Below, in pieces: positions 10,901 through 22,000 of a stretch of DNA of 64,000 bases. The position numbers were made by a program, and so were the translations under genes. Origin of the DNA: Marsupella aquatica. Lineage: Eukaryota; Plantae; Marchantiophyta. Location: contig OZ316895.1 in assembly GCA_973895155.1 (NCBI GenBank), positions 7,242,184-7,306,183 of the forward strand. Direction: 5' to 3'. The notes under the pieces were generated by a model. The model was given only the letters and a program-made list of their open reading frames with translations, did not search any database and was not told where the DNA came from. How positions within the stretch are numbered: position 1 is the stretch's first letter; each line of letters starts with the position of its first letter.

Positions 10901-13896
10901 AAGGAAAATGCCTCTCGGTAAATTGAGCAAATCCACAATACTTAAGGTATGAAGGGAGCCACCCGAGAGCTTTATGAGACAATGAGAAGCTCGCACTCTT
11001 TTCATTGGTAACAGAGTTTTATATGTCTCAGGATTTTGAAAGCAACGATAGCTCTCTCAAGGAATTCATGCAATTTACCTGTGTTGAGTCCAGTATTGCA
11101 TGTTAGCAGAGTGCATCTGCTCAATTCTCTGCAATGGATAATGAAACTGATGGCTAATGTTCCTATCTTCAGGGATACGAAGTTCTCAAAAGGATCGCAG
11201 CATCATTGGAAAGGAGCAAAACACATAGTGACCTTGAGGATTTGAGTAGGTCTGTAATCTGATATTTTCCCGGCAAACGTTTACTTGCCACCTCTTGCGC
11301 CTCTCAAACCGCTATTTCCTCTTCTCAAAGTTCGCCTTTCAAACCACCGTTGTGGCGAATAAATGCTTCCGTTTCAGTATACTTCTGTGAATGGAAGGAT
11401 TTACAGGCCGGAGGTTGAAATTAAATTGCAAAAGAAGAATTGGATAGAAGATTTGAAAACCCAGGCGAAACAAGTGTCCTTACATATTTGTCTGATTGGG
11501 TTGCAGTGAATTCTATACTGTAATACCACACGACTTTGGCTTCAAAAAAATGAGTAAGTGATCCGCTAAGCTTCTCTCGTCTCGTGATGTTGCATAGTTT
11601 GTACAATGCTCGGTTTACACTGTTCTTTGCATCCGTTTTGTCCAAAGGATCGAAACTGCAGTCTAATGTCTTGCAACTTATGCAGGGGATTTTGTAATCA
11701 ATACACCACAAGCTGTGAAAAAGAAGTTAGAAATGGTAACTTATTCTTTAAACCTGTAGACTCTGCACACAAACTTCCCCATTTCTCACTTTGCATCCTT
11801 TGCTTCCTTCATCCTCGGCACAACATCTGTTTCGAAATGTTCCATTCGTATTGTTCAATTGTTATCGTTCACAAGTATTTAACACTAATTGGTTTTTGCC
11901 CAAACCCGAGTCCGAACACGAATTTACGATCACTTGCGATATGGGTTATTTCAGGTGGAAGCACTTGGAGAAATTGAGGTGGCAACTAAAATTCTGGGCG
12001 TCGAGAAAGACCAAGAGGTACAGCCTACCGGAGGAACTTATGCGTGTTTCAAGAGAGATTTGAGCTCGTTGTGGAGCTCCGTGCACCCGATGTAACTATC
12101 GTATCAATAAGTTCTGGCACTCGATTCAGATTGCTTTGCTTAATCATATTTACAGCTAAGTTTTCGTCAACCATTCATACTCTGTTGTTTGGAGATATCA
12201 TTTTCATCGGTATGACTTTTTACAGGAAGATCCTCTGTTCACTCAATATGAAAGGCTTCATTGTAGAATTCAACCTGTCCTTGACAGCGAAGAAGCTGCC
12301 TGGGTAAGGAACTTGTGTTTCCCTTGCAGCAGTGAACAGAATAGTTGTAGATTGCAGTTCAGTGAATACATTTGAAAACTTATATTGCACAGAATTAAAA
12401 TCGTCCATACTTGCAGATAAAGGCATACGTGGACAACACTCACGGCGAAACACACAGCTACTACCACCTTGCTGTGGAGCATATTTTCAAGGTTGTAAGG
12501 GAAGGTGAAGACAGTCGCTTCCAGCCAGTAAGTTCCTCGCCCTGTCGCATTTCACCTTGAATTATCGAAATTGTCAAAACCCTCTATATACCTTGTCCTT
12601 TTCCGACGTTTTCTCCTTGTTGTAGTTGGGCTACCGCAGCCTGCAATTGTAGGGCGACAGATTTTATTCCCCCTGTCGCGCCTTTCTCCTTCCCAAAGAA
12701 TTCTAAAATAGCAAAGGTTTAGAGTATGTTGGTGTTATGAGTGTCATGGAGGTAACCGGAATTTGATTAGTTTGCAGGAACAAACAATCGGATGCTTCTT
12801 TGGCATGGGTCCAGGATGTGCAACTGGATGGGTATTCTCTCACAAGGTGGGCTTTGACCGTGATCTATTTCTTTTTACTAATAGTCACGTAAAGGCCTTC
12901 GAGATATTTGCTGAGGATTGAAGTTGTCACCCCGCAATGTGGACAGGTTTAAGGATAGCACCTCCAGAAGCTCCTGTATCTGGCTACATGTTTGGGAAAG
13001 GCGTGTACTTTGCTGATATGGTTTCGAAAAGTGCTAATTACTGTTATCCTGGTGAGGCTAAACTTGGTATTCTGCTCCTTTGTGAGGTAACCTTCCGATT
13101 TCTTTCGGGAAACTTGCTTCTTGTTCAGCTCGCTGTCTTGATTGCATTTTGAAGCTTTTATAATTGTCTGGCATGTTGATGATCCTTCAAATGCTTTCTA
13201 CTGTAATGCACTCATACAGCTGGGTTCTTTAGTGTCTACTTTCGGATTCTGACAATAAAACAGCATTTGATGATAGGTGGTCTTAGGAGACATGCGCGAG
13301 TTATTACATTCTGACTTTAGCGCTGGCCAACTTCCACCGGGGAAACTCAGGCATGTATTCGAGCCAATATTCGGGCAAACTTCTGACGCTGTGTTCTCCC
13401 TCCGATTATTTACCGGTTTTACCTTATACGGTATAACAAATCAAGCATTGTTTGATGCATGAAATGTCTTGCAGTACGAAAGGCGTGGGACGCATGGCTC
13501 CTGATCCAAAGCAACACAAAGTGCTTCCTGACGGCTTGATTGTGCCCATGGGAAAGCCAAAGCTGGACAAAGCTATAAAAGTATGGGGTTCGTTTTATAA
13601 TTGATACCGTTCCTTATCTCAGTCAGGAGTTGATCACCCTCTGAATGCCTACTGATCTAATCGTGTCACAGCGTGATGATTGCTTATAATCTGCTCTCGA
13701 TACGCACGAAATCATTGGACGCTTGGTCATGTTGATAATCCAGATGGCTGGGAACGGTATCACCGTTATCACTGAGCCTGTTTTGGAATGGTCGCAGGGT
13801 AGTCTCGCGTACAACGAATACATTGTCTACAACACAAACCAGATCCGGATGAAGTATCTGTTGATGGTTAATTTCGCGAATCCCCGGAGTCGGTAG
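7950..13896 (+). CDS. PARP2: Poly(ADP-ribose) polymerase, plant PARP2 type (SAP-SAP-WGR-regulatory-catalytic), 19 exons, 638 aa
   Basis: Exons read from sequence: 7950-8033, 8398-8490, 8610-8811, 8987-9105, 9500-9581, 9938-10170, 10299-10425, 10891-10946, 11173-11249, 11507-11553, 11686-11735, 11955-12017, 12226-12303, 12417-12527, 12771-12846, 12947-13086, 13277-13350, 13475-13580, 13798-13896 (1917 nt, in frame). SAP1 [25 protein letters not shown]; SAP2 [26 protein letters not shown]; [24 protein letters not shown]...RWGRVG; regulatory KMPLGKLSK and [10 protein letters not shown]; catalytic [26 protein letters not shown] (H-Y-E triad intact). Confidence 0.96.
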
Positions 13897-14290
13897 CAGT
13901 GATTGAGGGAAGGCTATGTTTTGTCTTGAAGGTTATCTGAGGGAGCCTAAATGGGTACAGGAAGGACGTCAGAATCATGAAGTCTCGTTAGCGAACCGAG
14001 CTTTGTCGGCTAGCAGCGAGGTATGTGAGGGGGTCCTTCAGCAATTGTCTGCAACACCAAACCAGATCCGGATGAAGTATTTTTTGATGGTTTTTGTCGG
14101 AAATCCCGGAAGTCGGTAGCAGTATTTGACGGACATCCGGAGGCTATGTTTTACCTTGATGGCTTATCGGCGGAAGACCATTCACTGGCTACAGAAAGGA
14201 CGTTATAATCATGAAGTCTCATGAGAGTTTAGAGCGAAACGCAGCCGTGTCGGCTAGCATCGAGGGATTTAAGGGGGTTCCTCAGAAATG
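13823..14290 (+). repeat. Diverged tandem duplication (about 220-245 bp x2) of the PARP2 last-exon end plus 3'UTR
   Basis: AAACCAGATCCGGATGAAGTAT...GTCGGTAGCAGT...GGCTATGTTTT...AAGGACGT...AATCATGAAGTCTC...GTCGGCTAGCA occurs at about 13836-14017 and again at about 14059-14259. Confidence 0.9.
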
Positions 14291-15199
14291 TGGGTGAAAA
14301 GTGGGATCCTCGAGTATTGATGTAGTGTCAAATCAGTATCATTATTCAGTCTGAGAGTCCTGTGAAGAGTCACGCGAACAAGACAAACCAGGAAAGGCCA
14401 GAACCCCATGATTGCACGTAGCATTCAAAGTCAAGTGGGACGCAAGTATTTAAGTCGTCAATGGCACTGAAAAGAGGGAATCTGCGTAGGCCACGTAAGA
14501 TGAAGTTGTTTCGACGAGGATAGGAAAGCATAGCTGCGCAAAGAAGTCGGGGCAAGAGTGGATAACAAGAAGTATAATTTCTGTGGGCCACTACAGAAAT
14601 TCGCCTACACTACTAGCGCTTCATGTTCTAATTTAATGAAAAGGGCCCTTTACTGGCCAGTTTTATCCAGTTTATTTTCCTTACAACAGGTTTTGGGCCT
14701 TCCGGATCTTATCATCCGGTTAAATTTAGCTTAATTGGTAATACCTTTTGTGCTCTTGCAGTGATAAGCTTTCACTATACATATATATTTTTGCATATAT
14801 AGAGCTTTTGCGGCAATCATGGTTTTCTTGAGGACATGGTTTTCTTGAGGACTTCATTCTAAGCAAAATCACATCTTTTTTAATACAGGACACATCATGT
14901 TCACGAGCAACCCAATAAAGTTGGGGGGGAGGAGCAGGGGGGGGGGGATGGGGTAAACTCCACAAACAACATTGAGCGAAAAACCCCAAGGAGGTAACAT
15001 TACAAGCGACCCTAAGAAGGGGGGGGGGGGGGGTAAACAGGGTAAAAACCAATGGAAGATCAATGCACGTTGGCCGTGTAGTCACTAACAACTATAGTAG
15101 GCGTAAAGACCTCATGAGCAACGAGCACAGTAGTAGCGAACTATTATCTTGAAATCTCTTGTACCTTATTCTAAACAATTCACTTTTCTTATTACAGAT

Positions 15200-18100
15200 A
15201 GTATGAAAAGATTTTAACTAAAATCAGGTAAGGATTCTCCAAAGTTCGGACAAGCCAGTATAAAATAAGAAGAAATTGAACTCATCCCGGCCAAATAAGT
15301 GAGCAATAGAGAAGTTCGTGAGAATATTTAATCTCGTCCACTTCTAATACAAGAGTATACACCGCTCTCTGAGAACTGAACGAGTGGATGCTTTCCCACT
15401 GCTAGATTAACAGGTCTTGAGGAGTCCTCTCCGGCTCTGAGGTGGATCTGGATGCCACGAATTGGAAACACCGAACACAATATCCCCGACGTATCACAGC
15501 AGTCCAATCCACCCAGTCGTCGTCGAGAACCACAAAAGCTAGAGTTCATCTAGTCGAAGTGGGAAGAAAAACTCACATATGCTAGTCACGAAACCAATTT
15601 CGTGGAAAGAACAGACGACTGCCAGCGGGGAAAAGAGAAAAAAAAAGGCAGACTAAAAGAATGTTCCATTTCAAACGCGAAGACCCAGAAGCCTCCTTGA
15701 GTAAAACTTTTCCCGCGGATCATCAACATAAGGGGACGTATATAGTACTGGTTGCCGCACTGATTCACGGCATAAAAAAACGCCCATTCTACTCGGACTC
15801 CAGACCACGGAATTACTGAAGACTACATAGAATAGAATAGAGCTTCGAGCGAGGAGGCCAGGTCGACCCATGTATCAAGAACGATGTCGACTCCGCGCTG
15901 CAGCTTGGATATCGATTGAGGCAAGCGAATCGTGGCTGACATGCAAAAACAACGCAAACGCATGATCCGAGTCAACTTAGTACGCTTGAATCGAACCACT
16001 GCTTAACGGAATACGGTCCCTGTTGCGATTGTTGTTGAAATAAAATTCAAGCAAGAAATGCTTCGAATGCACAGACGTCCTTGCGGCCACTACCATTCAC
16101 ATGGATGCACCTCAACTCAGAAATGAGTGTTCGCTACTAAGTACCGTAGGACCAGAAACTGTAATGGCTGTATATTCATTTCGATACTGTATCTAGAATA
16201 GGTGTGCGACAAGAATCCTCAAACAGACCACCGACGTCAACCAAGAGTCGGACTATCACTGCAAAACTCCGTCACTGTCCCAGATTTACTGATTGATTAA
16301 ATCAACCGAGTCCCCGGGAAATTCCCGTGATGATTTACGCACAGCTCCGTACATGATACAGGCATGAAACTATGCATGTCATACTGTGTAACACAGGGGC
16401 TTCCTTAACGTCAACTTCTGTAGGTTTAATGCGAACCCCGTACGTGCAAGACATTTTCTATTGCGAATCGACCCTCATGGTCGTCCAAACTAAGAACGAA
16501 ACTTAGACTCTGTGATTCCCTTATGAGAAGATAAATCTTGGGATTCAAAACAACGAAGATCAACTTGAGTGCGTGCGCCTTGCCAGAAGACTTTAGCGAT
16601 AAAATCGGTTAGGGACAAACCTCAACAGCAACAACACAGATGCTGTAATCAACCATCTTGGTGATGCTGCAGCGGTAGAGATCCAGGATGCATCTCGTAA
16701 TGCCGCTGATGTAATCGCAAAAGTATCTGACTTGTCTATGCCAACGTGGCCGGCCTCACGACCGAGTCCCTCATGTTGTTCGACGTGGAATGCGCCAACT
16801 CCCCCGGTCAGCTTCTTTCCAGGATCCAGCATCAAAGATTGTGTATCATTGGTTTTGTGGATTTCCGCGACAGGTCGTCGATTTCGTCCATTAGAGCTCA
16901 AGCTCAGATCCAAATACGCTTCCTTGCGTTGCTGCACCTGTCTTTCCGGGAAGTACCTAACATGGTGACCAGTGCCAAGTACGATGAAGGCCCTGTCCCC
17001 CTGTCCGCCAGAATACAGGCACGCCAGGTCAAGCCAAGCCAAGCCACGCCGAGTACCATTCCAAACGATGCCACATTAATTCGGAAACGTCCAGACGCAC
17101 TGCTCGATCGCATCCACAATGCAGCTCAACCGAAGGCAAACAATTTTCACAATTTCGCTTACAAGCACAGCGATTCAAAATTCACATAAAATGAAGAGGC
17201 ATGTACGTAGATGAATGAATGTACCTGAAGAGCCAGGGGAGAAAAGCTCTTCATGTCATCTCGACGCTGGCGCTCATGGTCTTTACGATTCTGCCGTGGC
17301 CAACAAAGCCACCAGCAGCTAGTGGTCTAACAGAGACCCCAGCCTCCGTGTCAAGCTCTCGCTGATATTTCCGAGGTCTCTTCAAAAGTACCATGATCGA
17401 CTGAATGCTAGTAAGCCGCCGCCTGCTCGTCGACCGACCCCTGCTCCTACCAGTTGATTTGTCAATTGACCTTGTTGCATGACCTTAAATTTCGAGGTTA
17501 CCAATTGAAGTACTCTCTACCAAGCCTGACCGTGGTAAAGCCCTAATGTTAGGACTCTCCTTCTCACTCTTCTCCTTCCGCTTCGGTTTCCCCCGTTGCC
17601 GACCAAAAGCTTCAATTACGATGCCCAGCCTGCGCAGGCCCTGCGCACTTAATTAAGTCGCGCTCTTTGTGCGAGCCTAGGCAGAAGATCACATGGGTGC
17701 CCGTATCTCACCTGAGATGACCTGAGCAGCACACCGCCGCGCGCTTCTTCGAGCCGGAGGCAAGTGTTCAAAACGATTGCGACGTATTGTTCTTCTGGCC
17801 ATGGCGCCGGCTCCCTGCCCGGCACTAACAGCCCGAGCACTGCTGTCTGTCGGTCCGCTTTTCTTTCCTTCTCCGTGCCTCCTGCTGCTGCTTGTGCTGC
17901 CTCACTGCGCCTTCTGCCACCTTATTACTACTGTACACTAGTAGCCTTTTCTTTCCTTCTATGTCTATCCTTTCTCCTCTGCTGAGCTCTGCTCTCCTCT
18001 CCTGACTCCTCCTCTCAAGCACATGAGCATATATTCTACTCGTCCTCGAGGATAGCGCACACGAGCATGGGAGAATGATTTTAAATGATTCCTCCTTTCC

Positions 18101-19085
18101 TCTCCTGTACTCTCCTCTACTCCTCGTCTGACAGTACAGTACCCCTCTCCCTTTCTACTCTACTCTACACCACACCGCAGTTCCTTTATCGGGAACGCCA
18201 AAATCAATCAGACATCATGGACTGTAATTCTCTGAAAATCATTCGAGGCCAAAAAGAAAATATATCACTCGCATTGAAACCGCAGCCTGCGATCAACATT
18301 CGCACCACTGTGCTCTACACACAAACCCTCTTCGCAAGGCAGAGAAGAGTCGTCGTCACCGCACTCTGATTCGAGCACGATCCCGCGCTTCAGTGCGATG
18401 ATTCCGTTTGAATTTCCCTTCCCGATGAGGAGGCGAGAGCTCAATCTCCAAACTGCGGACGGCAGAGCAGATCAAAGCAGCTGGTGCAGGAGAGTCTCCG
18501 AGTCGATGATTACGGCCGCATTTTCTTGCCGAAGAGCAGGAAGTGCTCAATCTTCGAACAGCACACAGCAGAGCCGAGCAAAGCAAAGCAAAGCAAAGCA
18601 AAGCAACTGGTGCAGAAGAGTCTGCGAGTCGATGATTACAGCCGGATTTTCTTCCTGACGAGCAGGAAGAGCTCAATCTTCGAACAGCACACAGCAGAGC
18701 AGAGCAGACCAAAGCAAAGCAACTGGTGCAGGAGAGTCTCCGAGTCGATGATTACGGCCAGATTGTCCTGCTGACGAGCAAGAAGAGCTCAATCTTTGAA
18801 CAGCCCACAGCAGTGCAAGGCAGAGCGATCAGCGATCAGCGATCAGCGATGGTGCGAGAGTCAGGGCGGTGCGCAGCGCTGTGCTGCGCTGCCGACGATC
18901 ATGGGCCTGGCGGACTGCCGCCTGACTGCGAGAGTGCGAGGAGCAGAAAGGCGGGGCACGGCGAGGAGAAGAGAAGAGAAGAGAGGAGACGAGAGGTGGG
19001 GTAAGGAGAGGCGGGGTAAGGCGAGGCGGGGCGGGGCGGGGCGGGGCGGGAAGTGCAGCGCCGCGGTGGAGCTATTTAAAAGTTC
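15200..19085 (-). ncRNA. Putative spliced transcription unit without a long ORF (lncRNA, pri-miRNA or small-peptide gene candidate)
   Basis: On the minus strand: TTTAAATA box at about 19074-19081, CT-rich leader, donors CAG|GTGAGA (17712/17711) and CAG|GTACAT (17225/17224), acceptors GTGCGCAG (17641) and TTTTTGCATGTCAG (15936), and a T-rich 3' end. CpG is retained as in the genes of this window. No recognisable protein. Confidence 0.4.
18474..18830. repeat. Three tandem about 120-bp repeats
   Basis: Unit AAAGCA(A/G)CTGGTGCAG(G/A)AGAGTCT(C/G)CGAGTCGATGATTAC...GAGCA(G/A)GAAG(T/A)GCTCAATCTT(C/T)GAACAGC starts near 18474, 18599 and 18717. Confidence 0.9.
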
Positions 19086-22000
19086 GCGCAGCCCCATGTG
19101 CGAATATTGAACCAATCCTACTGTACACAAGTTCCCTCGCCGATCTCACATGGGGCTGCGACTATTATTGATTGTCGAATAACAGTTTCTCGCTTATAAT
19201 AATGAAGAATGAATTTCCACCCGCTGACACCTTGGTTTCGACGCGCTGGGCCGTCGATAGCGGCATCTACTGTCCCCCATCGGACGATGCAAACGTAGAC
19301 GCGTCGCTCTGAAGCGGAGCGTGCGAATATTGTGGTTCGATGAACATTAAAGACCTACTGTAAGTTACCCACGGAGACTTTAACTTACTGAGCACGGACA
19401 ACATTTGTTCAGATTCTTGTCGTCTATCGTGGTTTCACTGTTTCTATTAGTCTACCGTGCCAGTGCGGGCTTCAGAGATGACACCCCACACGGTACTTAT
19501 CCATCCATCCATCCACCGATATGTATTTACAATCAAAGTGTATTTATATTTGTCATTCCGATGGCCGCAATGCACTTTAAAACTGCATTTTGGGGGTGCA
19601 GTAAGGCTAGCATAGAGAACATGTATCATTTCTTTGGGTGCTGGGATTTCAACATATTGAGCATTTGCCACACAACTGGTCCATTTGAAATGTAACATGC
19701 CAACGCTATCCCATATCAGCTCAATACACCCTGAGTTACCAAAATTTGGTTCTAGGAGTTGTCTTAGGATAGTGTCTGCCCAATCTTCTACGGCTATCAG
19801 TGGGTTAGTCTCGTGTAGTGTGTTGTACTTGGGAGTAAAAGAGTTGCATTCAAAACCATAAAAAAGGCCAACAATGATTAGAAACAATTGAGCCCAATCA
19901 TAGAACGCCGTATGAACACGATTCGATATCATCAGACAACTATGCATCCTTATTACATTCACCCTAGCGAGTGCACTTTGTGAATTTAGTATGCATACAT
20001 CCTCAGACTTTCACACATGAACATGCTGGGGTGGTTTTACTGATTCCAGGTGAATTTCGTAAGTCCAAGGGTAAAACTAGCATATCCCCAGGAACAAGCC
20101 ACATGCTATGTCGCCTTCCGATAGTGCCTGACTTCACTTTATGGGTACTGTTGTAGATACTGCAAACAACTGATGACCGTAATTAGTGTTTTGATGGATG
20201 TCGAAGAAGTGAGAGTAAAAACTTGTTATTCTAAATTTTGAATGATATATTTCCCCTGGCAGGCAAAGACTGTAGAGAGCACTAAATTAATGTCTGTGTA
20301 ACATTTCAGTATATGACGTATTTGTAAATGGCATATAACATTAAAAAATAAAATTATGGTCAATTGAAAACCAGGCTAAAAAATCAAACACTTAATTTTT
20401 AGTGAAACATAATTTTTATTAATCTACAGGAGATTAATAATGAATCTATTCTAATATTTTCTTTGACATATGTAGAGAGAGAAAGGCTTTATGATACACA
20501 TTAAGGTGACCAGTGTAATTCCTAAGAAGAAATATATATATATATATACATTAAGGTAATCAGTGTAATTCCTAAGGAGAAATATATATATATAACAATG
20601 GCACCCAGCGCAAACTTTGGATTCCAAAGATGGTGAACTGCAAAACATGTGGGGGTAGTTTTTGAGAGTGTGCATGGGGCAAATGCCGCTGAAAATCTGG
20701 CCTATCTGCTGAAAGAGGACCTGAGAAAATATTTTGAATGGGATAATGTCCTGGTTAGAGGGCACTATAAGACCCAAAAAAAAGGGACGGACATCATTCT
20801 CCTAGTGTTTGTAACTAACATTAATATACTTTAAAGTTTGGGAGATTTTTCTCATAGATAAGAAAAAGTGAATCACTGAGAAAATTGAAGTCAAAAAGGT
20901 TATACAAGAAAGGATTGCTGTACAATTGACCAAACACATGAAATACGTTAATTAAAATCAAATCTTGTGATTCTGCAATTTTTCATATAACTTATTATTT
21001 TACTTCATATGGCAAAATTATATTTGGATTTCATTTTTTACATATTTATGATGCTTTGCATAATCCAGTAGTCAAAAGTAAAGTAGTGAAATTTATAGAA
21101 AATTAATGCACTCTAATATGCAAAAACAAATCACAAAAGTCACTACTGTAGATATTAGGGAAATAATGGAAAAATATACTGACATTCATAAAGAGCCACC
21201 TACGAAAGTCCGGAACAAGTAAAACAAACATTTTGTGAAAACTAGAATTACCACTACGGTTGCCGAGCTCCATTGAGGATTCTCCACAGATTCTGGTTTC
21301 GCTTCCCCGTTTGCAAAGGGCTATTACTGTAGAACGTTGTGTACAGTAGACGTTGAACTGTTGGAATTTTGTGGGTTGAGTGGTGAGCGTGCCTGGGCAA
21401 AGATACTGTGCATGCAGATGCAGCTCATTATTAAATAGTTTCCTCTCTTTAGATGTTTGCCTTTTGCTTTGTCCCAAGGTGTCAATGTTCCCCTTCACAT
21501 GGGTTTCTGTGATTTCAGCATTAAAATACTCAAAAAGGTACTAGTGGCCTGGTGGGGCCATGGGAACCCAAAAGGGATGTATTGGATTGTTCGGAGCAAC
21601 CAACTTTCCACGGCACTTGGAGAGAACTCTGTCTGGCTCCCTTGTCTCTGAGTTCGTGCTGCCCATATCTTGATCGGTCCCTTCCATCACTTCCATGTAG
21701 GCAATTAGACATCTCCTGACCAAAAAGGGTTTGAGCCACCTCCTCCTATGTAAAGTTCTTGGGTAACAGGTGATAGTCAAGTATCATATCATATTTTGGG
21801 GCATTTTAATGAGGATTGTCTTGTTAGGTCATCATAGGAGGCCTACTCAAGGAATTTTAGAGTGTCAGTGTCATCTTGTGAGTTCATCATAGGAGGATCT
21901 CCCGCTCAAAACATAGATCTTGGTGAGATCAAGCAAGTTGTCTAAAATAAGTTCAATTATTTTAGTAAATGACTTTTAGGATCCAAGGGTCCTGTGATGT

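Noticed and set aside
16660-16722. Imperfect hairpin as a pre-miRNA
   Set aside because: The stem is short with large bulges and depends on G-U pairs on the + strand only.
16593-17189. Overlapping 147-149-aa ORFs on both strands
   Set aside because: No recognisable domain; they probably lie in an intron of the putative minus-strand unit, and such lengths are expected by chance at this GC content.
17803-17825. miR160-like sequence GCCGGCTCCCTGCCCGGCA
   Set aside because: Too many mismatches to miR160 or its target site, and no fold-back partner.
18040-18145. miR390-like (GGATAGCGC) and miR529-like (GAGAGTACAG on the minus strand) fragments
   Set aside because: Only 9-10-nt matches in low-complexity GA/CT sequence, with no precursor hairpin.
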